From the NCBI GenBank assembly GCA_009859145.1, contig VRVR01000019.1, forward strand, positions 197,695 to 261,694: a DNA stretch of 64,000 bases, written 5' to 3'. This document shows positions 51,864 to 61,971 of the stretch, in pieces. The notes beneath the pieces are model-generated. The model did not search any database, was not told the origin of the DNA, and saw only the letters and a program-made list of their open reading frames with translations. A program made the translations under genes and the position numbers. The stretch comes from Andalucia godoyi And28 (lineage: Eukaryota; Protista; Jakobida). Numbering within the stretch: the first letter of the stretch is position 1; every line of letters starts with the position of its first letter.

Positions 51864-52203
51864 TTGCAGAACTCGTGGTTTTCTGCTGCGATGCACCAGG
51901 CGCAGTCGCAGCCGCAAACCCCCACCGTCTTCCTACCGCCTCTTCTTCTCGTATCTCCAGGTGCATCAACCGCGCTACAACTGAGGACACGAAAGCGCCT
52001 GCTGCTAGGGCCGTCAGAATCAAAATGCACCCTTCTCAGGAACAACGTGCCACGCTGAGAAAGTGGCTCACCGATTGATCGAGATTGGGAACGGAGCGCG
52101 GAACATCTATCTGAAGAACGCCGTGAGGCATGTTGGGGCCTATCCCCTTCGCGGCAACGGGATGCAAGATTGAATATGCATGTCCAGTGTATAATGTAGG
52201 CGT
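51864..52203 (+). mobile_element. Family B copy 2: non-autonomous Fanzor2/IS607-TnpB-like element (left end unresolved)
   Basis: QNSWFS (51867-84), AVRIKMHPSQEQRATLRKWL (52010-69), IDRD (52074-85) and NGARNIYLKN (52090-119), then a conserved 3' region ending aatgtaGGcg. Confidence 0.78.
52120..52202 (+). ncRNA. Putative omega-RNA scaffold of the family B element (equivalent region 20830-20932 in B1)
   Basis: Conserved in both copies after the RuvC-III motif; hairpins GGGG-ccta/tt-CCCC and ATGCA-agattgaata-TGCAT. The boundaries are inferred. Confidence 0.5.
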
Positions 52204-52284
52204 GAGCGTCTTCTATTTACATAATTTAAAAGAGGAAAATGCCTGCACGGGTACCGTGCTGTTCCAAAAAAGAAGGATCTCTTC

Positions 52285-53517
52285 CTAGCTGTCTGTTGTT
52301 GTTCCTTCGAACACGGTCAAAGGGGGTGTTCGGCATCTTGGCTGATAGACAAGGAGTCGTTTCGAGTCTTCGGCCAACAACCGTGCAGCATCATATTTAG
52401 AATTGCAGATGCGAATCGCAGTGTCCTTGGGCGTCAGCGGCTCGTCATCCAGCAAGTCGCGTTGGCGAAGAAAGGAAATCAATGCGGGAGTGCTGTGCGT
52501 TGCTACAAACACGCGGCGGTCTTCTGGGCTCAGCACAGGATCAATGAGATCCTGAATGGATCCATGGAAATGCTCGTACTTTTGAACGCCAAAGTGGATC
52601 GAAAGTTCTAGGAATTCTCGCAGGATGGATCGTGGACACGCTTCAAACCCAGCAAACAACCCCGGATTCGACTGCAGTCCGCGGGCTGCCATTATCCCTT
52701 CAACGCCTGTTTTCTGAGCGAAAGCAGCAGCATCTGCTGCTGAAAAGACATCGCCGTTGTGAACCACTGGTACCGAAACGGTGTCCTTCACCAGCTTGAC
52801 AGCTTCCCAATGAACTGGTTCCCGAGGTCTCATGTGCCGCGTTCGGCCGTGCACCGAGATCCAGGAAACACCAGCCGCTTCAATCTGTCGAACTGCATCC
52901 ACCGTCCGTCGCAAGTCGGAAAACACCCTGATCTTCGCCTCGATGGCAATCCGATCATTGGTCGCCCGTCGTGTTTGCTGAACCATGTCTGCAATAAGCT
53001 CGGCACCTTGGAGTCCCCTTTTTGGTCTGCTGGACGCAACATCGCCGGGCGCAGGATCCGGCCCCGGGGCAGCAGACAGAGGATGATCTCCTTCCTCCTT
53101 CTCCTCTGGCCCAGGGTCCGGACCCAGAAGTCCGCATCCGTATCCGGTCCGAATAGCCCACGCCTGTGGACACCCGCAATTGATGCCCACGGCATCGGCA
53201 TACCCAACGACGAGTTGCGATGCGTTTGCTAGCTCGATGGCATTTCGAGCTGCAAACTGCACAATCAGCGGTCGATCCTGCCTGCAAGTCGAAAACTCTG
53301 CAACTCGAGAGGCATGCGAGGCATAAAAACTGTCAGCGCATATCATCGGGGTGTAGGCAACATCAGTGTGATAGTGCCGGACAAGCATCCGATAGGGAAG
53401 CTTGGAAACACGAACCATCGGAGCCGCAATGGATACATAATCCCCTCGTTTCTTCTTTTCTTCAAATAGTTTCAAAATTGCATTGTCTTGCATTTCCACT
53501 CGGCAAAATGAGGACAA
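52285..53517 (-). CDS. DUS4: tRNA-dihydrouridine synthase, DUS4-like
   Basis: AAPMVRVSKLPYRMLVR, AYTPMI, DRPLIVQFAA, NCGCP, GYGCGLL, VHGRT, HNGDV and MAARGLQSNPGLF. Confidence 0.85.
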   Translation of the reverse strand: MSSFCRVEMQDNAILKLFEEKKKRGDYVSIAAPMVRVSKLPYRMLVRHYHTDVAYTPMICADSFYASHASRVAEFSTCRQDRPLIVQFAARNAIELANASQLVVGYADAVGINCGCPQAWAIRTGYGCGLLGPDPGPEEKEEGDHPLSAAPGPDPAPGDVASSRPKRGLQGAELIADMVQQTRRATNDRIAIEAKIRVFSDLRRTVDAVRQIEAAGVSWISVHGRTRHMRPREPVHWEAVKLVKDTVSVPVVHNGDVFSAADAAAFAQKTGVEGIMAARGLQSNPGLFAGFEACPRSILREFLELSIHFGVQKYEHFHGSIQDLIDPVLSPEDRRVFVATHSTPALISFLRQRDLLDDEPLTPKDTAIRICNSKYDAARLLAEDSKRLLVYQPRCRTPPLTVFEGTTTDS

Positions 53518-53859
53518 GATATAGCAGACACAAACACAAAACTAAAACACACGAAATCACAAATCACAAATCACAAAAACCGCAACCAAAACCCCGCAAA
53601 ATTCCAATGGAAGCAGCGAAACTTTCTTGGAAACCTCCCGCATCCAATTGCGTGGAAAACCCGGGGCTTTAAAGCGAGATAGAGAGACAGAGAATTGGTG
53701 CGTTGCTTTTATCACATAACACATAGGCAAACCAAACAAACAGACAACACATGCTGTTCCGCGGAAGAAGGGAGTGAACAAGGAGGAGATAATTGCATTG
53801 CACATAAGATGCCGAACAAACAGAAAGTACCGAGAAAGAACAAGAGGGGGCACAGAGCA

Positions 53860-53895
<36 letters not shown>

Positions 53896-53992
53896 AAAGA
53901 GTCCAGGAAAAGATCAAAGAAGAGCAAAGGTCCGAACACAAGATCATCTTATGCTCGCCTGGTCGCTATTCCGATTGGCCCTAATCCAATGC

Positions 53993-55813
53993 TTAAATGT
54001 CGTGCTTGGAAGAGAACGACACACGCAAATGAGGCTGACGCTCACCATCGCCCATCTTTCTATCGTGGTTTTCCACAAGCGCATCAACTGCGGCCTCAAC
54101 GGATCTAAACTTGACAAGGGCCATATAGGTGGACCGATTCTGAAGGGCTGCATTCTTGTCTTCAGCACCCTGGCCCGGTTGCTGTTGCTGAGGTTGCATC
54201 TTTCGAACAATCAGAACACGCTCGTCGCCACCCAAAATCTTTGCAATCTCTTCTTCAGATACCGCATTCGGGATGTTTGAAACATGTAGAACAGCAGACG
54301 GGGCAAAGATGTTCTTGAAGTTTCTGGAGTTCGGAATGCGGAAACGGTGAAGGTGAGACGAAGAAAAGTCCCGAGTCAGTCCAGCGTCATCTTGACCGGC
54401 ACGAGGCACCGCGACATACGCGTTTGTGGAAACGCGCACTCGGAGCGGGCGACCATACAACGGGCAGTTGTGGAGATGCTGGAGAGCGGTCTGCGCTTGC
54501 TGTGCATCCGCAAACTGGACAAGTGCAGAATCGCGCTTGTTGTAGAAAATCTTGACACGCATGACATCGCCAAAGGCACCGAAAAGCATGAACAATGCGT
54601 CCGGCGAAACTCGGTCGGGGTTCAGGTTCGAAACCATCACAACAGATCCTGGTGGTCCAGAAGCAGGTCCTTCACCATTGTTGCCGTTGTTCATTGAAGA
54701 GGAAGACGGGCCAGAAGAAGAGGCCAGTGCAGCGTTTCCAGAACCTGTTGGTCCTCCGGAACTGTTGCTACCAGAACCACTCTGGTGGTGATGTGGGGCT
54801 CCGGATGCAGATCCTGAAGAGGAACCCGAAGGAGGAGGGACGGGTGCACGAGTGAAGTCTCTTTGGTACTCAGAGTCGTAGCGGATATTGAGCTCCTGCA
54901 GTCTAGAGTAGTGCACAGTGATGGTGCAGCAACCAGGATAGATGTTGTGTCCATTCAACAACGTATGCGCAGTGGTGGCAGCCGTCAGTGCTTCGTATTC
55001 AATGAATGCCTGGAAAGCACCGCTCCTGGTGAATGTCAGAATTCGCTGAACGGTTCCATAGGAGGAAAACACCTTGTGCAAGACCTCGACAGTCACTGGG
55101 TAGATCATGTTGGACACCGTAATGTGAATGACTCTATTCGGATTGTTGTTGCTCTGCGGATTGTTATTGCTCGAAGATCCGGTGTTCGCGTCATCATCTC
55201 CGACATTGCTTCCCCCAGATGCATGGCCGGAAGATCGGTTCATCGAAGATCCGCGATCCCCACGCTGGAAACGTCCAGAACCACCGCCGCTCTGGACACC
55301 ACCTTCTGCACCTTCCGCGCCTTCAGCGTTTCGCTCAAGGGTAACGCTCTTTCTCGACGAGTATGAGGCATAGATCGTGTGATTACGGATCTGCGAAGCC
55401 TGCTGAGACAGAATGCGAGTTGCCTCGTCCGCCTTTGCGACCGATCCAACCTGGACGAACGCCTGCTTCTTAGCATCGAGAACCAGGGCAACTTCCAATG
55501 GGCATCCAATGGAAGAAAACAACGTCCGAAGCTCGGAATCCGTGCAGTTTGGAGGCAAGTTTCTGAGGAACAAAACAGGTGTCGAGGCAGGTCCGGTTAC
55601 GGCGTTGCTGTTCGCATTCGAGTTTGCATTAGAGGAAGACATTTCTGCGGAAGGACGATGCTGATACTGCTGCGGCTGCTGTTGTTGTTGCGGCTGAGAA
55701 GGCAAAAGATTGCTGGCAGATTCAGAAGTAGACGAAAAAGGCGATGACGGTCGTGTGCGCTTTTCAGAAGGTGCGTCTGCGAGTGGAGAGTTTGGATCGG
55801 CGTCCCGTTTCAT
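53993..55813 (-). CDS. PTBP: Polypyrimidine tract-binding protein-like, four RRMs
   Basis: VLFLRNLP..KKQAFVQ, YPVTVEVLHKVFSSYG..FQAFIEY..IYPGCCTITVHYS, LFMLFGAFGDVMRVKIFYNKRDSALVQF and PSAVLHVSNIP. The start is taken at MKRDAD (55813). Confidence 0.9.
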   Translation of the reverse strand: MKRDADPNSPLADAPSEKRTRPSSPFSSTSESASNLLPSQPQQQQQPQQYQHRPSAEMSSSNANSNANSNAVTGPASTPVLFLRNLPPNCTDSELRTLFSSIGCPLEVALVLDAKKQAFVQVGSVAKADEATRILSQQASQIRNHTIYASYSSRKSVTLERNAEGAEGAEGGVQSGGGSGRFQRGDRGSSMNRSSGHASGGSNVGDDDANTGSSSNNNPQSNNNPNRVIHITVSNMIYPVTVEVLHKVFSSYGTVQRILTFTRSGAFQAFIEYEALTAATTAHTLLNGHNIYPGCCTITVHYSRLQELNIRYDSEYQRDFTRAPVPPPSGSSSGSASGAPHHHQSGSGSNSSGGPTGSGNAALASSSGPSSSSMNNGNNGEGPASGPPGSVVMVSNLNPDRVSPDALFMLFGAFGDVMRVKIFYNKRDSALVQFADAQQAQTALQHLHNCPLYGRPLRVRVSTNAYVAVPRAGQDDAGLTRDFSSSHLHRFRIPNSRNFKNIFAPSAVLHVSNIPNAVSEEEIAKILGGDERVLIVRKMQPQQQQPGQGAEDKNAALQNRSTYMALVKFRSVEAAVDALVENHDRKMGDGERQPHLRVSFSSKHDI

Positions 55814-55922
55814 ATAAAGAGAGAAGAAAAAACGGAAAGCGGAAAAAAGAAAGGGGTGAAAAAACAGAGTGAGGTGGGAGAGAGTATCTCGCAACAAGGA
55901 AATGGGGAAAAGGGGTAGAGAG

Positions 55923-55924
<2 letters not shown>

Positions 55925-55989
<65 letters not shown>

Positions 55990-56245
55990 GAAAGAAGGAA
56001 GGAAGGAAGGAAGGAAGGAGAAGAGGAGAAAAGAAAAGAGAAGAAAGGAAAGGAAAGAAAAGAAAAGAAAAGAAAAGAAGAGGGGAAAGGGGGGGAAAAG
56101 AGAGAAGAAGAGAAGAAAGGAGAGTTGTAGAAAATGATCGGGAGAGGATCAAGAACTAAACAAGCAAAAGAGGAAGGGAAAAAGGGAAAAAAGAGAAAAA
56201 AGAGAAAAAAGAGAAAAAAGAGAAGGAAGAAAAAGTGAGAAAAGA
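55925..56245. repeat. Polypurine tract: (GA)n, (GAAG)n, (AAAAG)n and (AAAAAGAGA)n, upstream of PTBP
   Basis: About 320 bp almost purely purine on the + strand. Confidence 0.9.
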
Positions 56246-56819
56246 GAAAAAGGAAGAGAGAAGTAAAGAGCTTTTGGTTGGGGACACGAGGTTGGGCTCG
56301 AAAAAGTCGCAGCATTTCCACCGAGTTGGCGGCAGGTCCCCCTCTTTCCAAGAGAGGGAGGATGGGGAGGAAAGGGGAGGGTGTGTTAAGAAAAGTGAAA
56401 ATCATATCATCACTTAAAGAAAAGACAGTAACACCCACGTCATTTGTATTGTGCACACTCTCCTCTCCCTCTTTTTGCTATTCACTACAACCGATTCTTG
56501 GGATCACTTTTCCTATCAGTCGTCCCCAACCGACTTCAATAGCCCTTCCTCCCCCACCACCACAACAGCACGTTGTGTCGCGTCTCATTCGCGCCTGCAA
56601 TTCATTTCCGCTCCTTTTCTTTTCTTTTTCCTTCTTTCCGTGTTATTCATCATTTTTTCCTCCTTTCGTTCTTCCCTTTTCTTTCGTTCTTTCCGTCCTT
56701 TTCCTCCATTCCCCTTGACCCAAAAAAACGCCTCCCCCCTCCTTCGAGGTTATCAATTTTTAGTTTTTGCTTTTTTTTTTTTTTTTTTGATCTTGATAGA
56801 GAAGAAGAAAGGGAAAAAA

Positions 56820-58703
56820 ATGGCAAATTCGGCTCAGGTTATGCCTTGTGAACGGGTTCCGCTGAATGTGTTTGCAGATTCGCGGGATCTTGCAATTTCT
56901 GTCGCACACCGAGTTGCGAGTCTGGTGCGCTCCAACAACTTCCAGAACAGACGCACGGTTCTTGGTCTTCCGACGGGAAACTCGCCTATCAATGTGTACC
57001 GAGAACTGATCCGCATGCACAAGGAAGAGGGACTTGACTTCTCGCTTGTGATTTCCTTCAATTTGGATGAGTATTATGGAATCCCGACGAATTCTTTGCA
57101 GTCTTACCACACATTTATGAACGAGAACTTGTTCAAGCATATCAACATGAAACCTGAGAACATTCATATCCTGGATGGAGAGACGCCTCGCGATAAGGTC
57201 CGGGCACATTGCCTTGATTTTGAAAACAAGATGGACGATCTTGGTGGCATTGACTTGACGATCCTGGGAATTGGACGCACGGGACACATCGCATTTAATG
57301 AACCGGAGCGCAACGTCTCTTCCTCAAAGACGAGGATGGTCGCTCTCGATACGATGACCATTGCGGATGCTGCATCTGACTTTTTCGGACGCGACAAGGT
57401 CCCAAGGGAAGCACTCACAATGGGTGTTTCAACCATCTTCAAGTCGCGCGAGATCATCCTGATGGCGACCGGCGAGTCCAAGGCGTCCGTGATCAAGCGG
57501 TCTGTTGAAGAACCTGTCAATCCGGACGAACTGCCTGCAGCTATTCTGCAGCAGCATACCAATTGCCAGTTCTATATTGATGCGGGTGCTGCTGAACGAT
57601 TGACCCGAACTGTGACCCCGTGGCGCGTTTTCCGCGACTTTGATATCACCAAGTCCGTCAGAAACATGATCTTGGCTACTCAGGCACTTTGCAAAAAGAC
57701 TGGAAAGCCGTTGTTTTCTCTGCGAAGAGAAGACTTTGAGGAAGAGCGACTCCACTTGCCGGCGTCGTCCTCCGCAGATGCGATCACAGAGGAGGTGTAT
57801 AATGCACTTGTCCACGACAAGTTGAACGACAATCTGCATGTTCCGCAGCGTGGTGAGCGTGTCATTGTCTTCTCTCCGCATCCTGATGACGATGTTATCT
57901 CCATGGGCGGAATGCTTCACAAGATGCACCGCCGCGGCTGCGATATTACGGTGGCATATTGCGTGAATGGCTCGGTGTCCGTTCCCGATTATGATGTCAA
58001 GAGATACATGCGGTTTACCGAACTTGCGCTCAAGGCTCTGGGACTCGACGAAACGTCGGTCAATATGAAGGAGACCAAGGAGCATGTGCTGTCCTTGTTG
58101 TCCGTCAACCCAGCGCCTCCTCTGATCCAGAAACTGAAGGGTGCCATTCGCTGTGCGGAAGCAGAGAATGCCCTGGATATGTTCAAGATCCGCGGTTCTG
58201 AGCAGGCGATGTTCCTGAACTTGCCGTTCTACGAGACTGGTGAAGTCCGCAAGAATCCGTACACACAGAAGGACGTGGACATTGTGGCAAACCTTCTTGC
58301 CAGCCACAAGCCGGACCACATCTTTGTCGCTGGCGATCTGACGGATCCGAACGGCACTCACCGCCAGTGCTTTGCTGTGATCCGCGATGCACTTAAGGGC
58401 TATGCTTCTGGAAAAATCAAGGTCTGGACATACCGCGGTGCGTGGCAGGAGTACTCGATCCCTGACTCGGATGTGATCATCACAATGACTGCAGAGGAAC
58501 TGTCACGAAAGATTGATGCCATCTTCCGCCACGAGTCGCAGAAGGATCGTGCAATGTACCCGGGTTCTGATTCGCGCGAGTTCTGGCAACGCGCTCGTGA
58601 TCGTAACGTGTCGTTCGCCAAGGACCTCAATGATATGGGTCTTCCGCGGTTCCATGCTGCCGAAGCATTCCGTTTCTTTGATACGTGCTTGCCGAACATC
58701 TAA
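56820..58703 (+). CDS. nagB: Glucosamine-6-phosphate deaminase fused to a PIG-L/LmbE-like deacetylase domain (long bacterial NagB)
   Basis: LGLPTGNSP, FNLDEYY, GIGRTGHIAFNEP, ALTMG, then FSPHPDDDVISMGG, DLTDPNGTHRQC, YRGAWQE, AIFRHESQKD and DSREFWQRARDRN. Confidence 0.92.
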   Translation: MANSAQVMPCERVPLNVFADSRDLAISVAHRVASLVRSNNFQNRRTVLGLPTGNSPINVYRELIRMHKEEGLDFSLVISFNLDEYYGIPTNSLQSYHTFMNENLFKHINMKPENIHILDGETPRDKVRAHCLDFENKMDDLGGIDLTILGIGRTGHIAFNEPERNVSSSKTRMVALDTMTIADAASDFFGRDKVPREALTMGVSTIFKSREIILMATGESKASVIKRSVEEPVNPDELPAAILQQHTNCQFYIDAGAAERLTRTVTPWRVFRDFDITKSVRNMILATQALCKKTGKPLFSLRREDFEEERLHLPASSSADAITEEVYNALVHDKLNDNLHVPQRGERVIVFSPHPDDDVISMGGMLHKMHRRGCDITVAYCVNGSVSVPDYDVKRYMRFTELALKALGLDETSVNMKETKEHVLSLLSVNPAPPLIQKLKGAIRCAEAENALDMFKIRGSEQAMFLNLPFYETGEVRKNPYTQKDVDIVANLLASHKPDHIFVAGDLTDPNGTHRQCFAVIRDALKGYASGKIKVWTYRGAWQEYSIPDSDVIITMTAEELSRKIDAIFRHESQKDRAMYPGSDSREFWQRARDRNVSFAKDLNDMGLPRFHAAEAFRFFDTCLPNI

Positions 58704-59279
58704 GACGATGGCTCAGATCTCCAACTCTGCCAGCCTCTTTGTATGTTGTTGTCTCCCTCCCTCCCTTCCTTGCAGGTATCTTGCTTGTAATTTGAATGCG
58801 TGCGTGTGAGCAGGGTCCAGAGTTTCTCATGTGATTTAGAACTGTTTTTGTATTGTAATTTTTAATTAAATTTTTAAAAAAAGGAAAGAATGGAGTTCTT
58901 CTACATGCGCTTGCTGTCCGGTCCTCGACCTTGTCCTCTGTTGTCCGCATGTTTGACGTTCAGCGTCCCCCTCAAAGAAGCCACCCGGCATTCCTGCATT
59001 GCCCCAGTTCGCTCAAAAGAATCCAAAAAGCAAAAAAGACTTCACAGAAGAACTGCTGACTGTAGTCCGCCGAAAATGCAATCTCGAAGTGTCAACTGTG
59101 AACTGTCGACAAGTCCGACAACTCTCCGTCGCCGTGAAGTGCTCTGTGGCCCTTTCAAAAACACCAAACGCCAAAGAAGATAAGCAGACACGACGGTTTC
59201 CCCCAGTGCTGTGTGTGGTGTGGTGTTTTAGTGGTGTGTTGTGCAGCTCAGACAATCGATTCCTTGCTCAGATCACGCA

Positions 59280-59927
59280 ATGGCAAGTGCAGAAGAAAGG
59301 CTATCTCAGCTGCAAGAAGAGTTTTCGTCGTTCCGACAATCCTCTGCCGAGTATGAAAGGGAATTAGAAACCGAGATTTCAACATTGGAAACCACGATTT
59401 CGACGATGAAAAATGAAAGTGCGTCGCTGTCTCATGCATTTGCGATGCACAAGGAGTCTTCGTTGCAGACGATTACGGAACTTCGAAATTCGTTTACAAA
59501 GCAGCATTCGGACAGCGAAAAGAAGGACCAGATGATTCGAGAATTGCAAGCACGCATAGTGATGCTGGAGAACCAAGTCGATCACTTGGAGAATGAGAAC
59601 AGGCGGAACATCCATTCCAGTTTGTCTGATGATGCAAGCGGCCATAGTGAAGGAGTCTCGTCTGCCGATGACACCACCATCATGAGCAGTATGAATGCGT
59701 CGATGGATGCTGCGGAAATGGAGAAGATCGTCGACAGACTGGTGGCTTCCGAGTCTCGGTGCGAGGAGCTTGAAGCAGCGCTTGAGCGCTCCAAGCTTGG
59801 AATGGCTAGAAGACAGCGAGGAATGTATGGCGTCGTGGAAAGCATCAAGAATGTCGTGACCGAGTGCAAGCAGTTGGACAGTCGAACGCGAAGCATCTTG
59901 CGGAACCGGCATTTGGACGATGTATAG
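59280..59927 (+). CDS. NDE1: NudE/NDE1-like dynein regulator
   Basis: QEEFSSFRQSSAEYERELETEI, IRELQARIVMLENQVDHLENENR and a coiled coil. Confidence 0.7.
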   Translation: MASAEERLSQLQEEFSSFRQSSAEYERELETEISTLETTISTMKNESASLSHAFAMHKESSLQTITELRNSFTKQHSDSEKKDQMIRELQARIVMLENQVDHLENENRRNIHSSLSDDASGHSEGVSSADDTTIMSSMNASMDAAEMEKIVDRLVASESRCEELEAALERSKLGMARRQRGMYGVVESIKNVVTECKQLDSRTRSILRNRHLDDV

Positions 59928-60209
59928 ATGAAAATCATAGAAACCCTAAGTGCTAAACAGTGGATTGAGGGTGTTTTACAGTATCATTACTCGTTGCTGC
60001 TTCCCGCATCGCAGCAACACAAGATCGAATGATGTGCCCCTCACATTCAAAAAATTCTGACGCTGTTCTGGACAATCTCTTTGCATGAGATCCTCAAGCG
60101 ACGATCGAACCCGCTGTGCATTCGAAGCTTTCCAGCCCTAGAAGCATCACGGAACTGACAGAAACAGCTCGCAGCTTCATTACTGACTCAAAAAAAGACA
60201 CACCGAGGA

Positions 60210-60782
60210 TCACTTTTCAGACTGTTGGCTCTCCATTCTGCGAACAGGAAGCCATCGCGGCCAAGACGACGACGACGACGGCGGCGGTTGCGGTTGCGGT
60301 TGCGGTTGCGGTTGCGGTTGCGGTTGCTGCCCACATTCTCTCGATGCCACCGTTTGCAACGATCTCTCCTTCCCGTGCGACGCATGATCGTCGGGCTTCT
60401 GTGGCCCAGTGGCCCATGATTCCACGGCTTTGAAAGTCGATTGCTCGATTGCATATGCCCCAAGACCCATCAGACCCATTGCGACCATGTTGCGAACCAC
60501 GATTTTGTGCTGCAGACTTCCTTGGAAGATTCCATACAATGCAGACATTGCCCAGCCCGTTCCTGCTCCAGCTGCAAAAGACGATACTGCATCTTTTCTT
60601 CCGAATCGAAGAGCGACAAAGGAAGCAGAAGCAATGGTGCACGGGATCAACGACAACAATCCCGCCCGCAAAACACGGGGACCTGATTCCAGTCGGTATA
60701 TAGAATGCGCCATCGTGAGCAACGAGCCCGTGGAAGATAGCACGGCGACTGTCGCTCGATCTTGCGTGTCCATGAACGACAT
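60210..60782 (-). CDS. Small membrane protein, Tim17/Tim22/NDUFA11-like
   Basis: Gly/Ala-rich TM helices with a DAVSSFAAGAGTG motif. The start is taken at MSFMD. Confidence 0.45.
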   Translation of the reverse strand: MSFMDTQDRATVAVLSSTGSLLTMAHSIYRLESGPRVLRAGLLSLIPCTIASASFVALRFGRKDAVSSFAAGAGTGWAMSALYGIFQGSLQHKIVVRNMVAMGLMGLGAYAIEQSTFKAVESWATGPQKPDDHASHGKERSLQTVASRECGQQPQPQPQPQPQPQPPPSSSSSWPRWLPVRRMESQQSEK

Positions 60783-61971
60783 TCTCAAACAACAACAACA
60801 ACAACAACAACAAGCAAGGTTCTTTTTTTCGTTCTCTTCTTGTCTTGTGCGTGATTGTGTTTTGTGGATGTGTAGGAGATATGTGGGTTTTGTGACGGCG
60901 GACCGCTTGTCTATGAACATCAAACAAGCAACATTCATACCGGAAGTTTCTTTTAATTATCTAGCCCTATGGGAACGCGTTTTTCTTACCGTAGTCAAGT
61001 CCGGAATTTCTTTCAGTCTTCACATTTAACCCCTTTCTATTATTTTCTGTTCGTTTGTTTTAATAATTGAACCCCTCAATCACCTTTCATCAGGGACAAA
61101 GCATCTCATGGCTCCAAAGAGGGATCTTCCCAGCAAACTCAAACCGGCCATGCCCGAAGACACCGAGAACGAAGAAACCCGTTGATTCCCCTCTCGTCGC
61201 AACTTGCTGAGCAAGCGGATGGTCATCAAATCACGACGATGTGATCGGTTTGCGTGAGAACACGAGGGATCAAAGGCAAATGCGTCGTCAGCCGCGGCGT
61301 CGTTGGTGCAATGTGCAACACCGCCGACGACATTCTGTTTTCCTCCAATGTTTCAATTTTGAATGTTGAATCGACTGAGGAATGTGTTGGTTGCGACGAC
61401 CCTGTGATGCAGAGTTGGTGCTCGTCCCAAATTGGATCTGTCTTCGATGACAGCCTAGCTGATGATGGTCAAGCATCAACGCATGAGAGAACAGTCTGTC
61501 AGACCTCCTCGCACATGTCATGTCATGTCATGTCACGTCACTCTTCCGTCTATGAAACCCTAATCCGTACCCTTCGTAAAATATAATAATACTGATGTTT
61601 TGATTTGTCATTCTTTGATGCTTTTATAAATTCAATATAATAAGCAACGCCTCGTCAGTCTCCCCCACCCCCTTCTTCCCCTTCCCGTCGCCCGAAAACA
61701 GGCTACAAAAGCTCTCTCCCCTTTCATTTTCATCATTCGGGATTTCCTCCAAAAAAGCCGACATAATCAAATCCTTTTCTTCTTCTTCATCTTGCCTTTT
61801 TCTTCTTGATAACCTTTTTGCTCCGTCTGATAATTATAATTTTTTCTTTCTGCTCTCTTCATTCTCGCTACTCATTCTCTTACCATCTGTTGTTGCTTTT
61901 TTAGTGTATTTTTCATTTTTTGTTTTTATTATATCATCATTCATTATTGAAAAAAGAGCCGAGCCGATAAG

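Noticed and set aside
55813-56820. Long low-complexity N-terminal extensions in the ORF track for PTBP (to 56152) and NagB (from 56451), and similarly for PAH, EXPERA and ADA2
   Set aside because: They are translations of microsatellite or pyrimidine-rich UTR sequence; downstream ATGs were used instead.
58890-59200. Minus-strand peptides EHFTATESCRTCRQ and VEDRTASACRR resembling TnpB/Fanzor E..TS..C..C and DRD.SA motifs; a plus-strand DFTEELLTVV resembling the IS607 TnpA C-terminus
   Set aside because: The matches are short, in different frames, lack the intervening Cys pair, and show no nucleotide similarity to family A or B. Chance cannot be excluded without an HMM search.
59993-60018. Perfect 8-bp hairpin GTTGCTGC/GCAGCAAC after NDE1
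   Set aside because: An isolated stem with no U-tract in a eukaryotic 3' region; no function can be supported.
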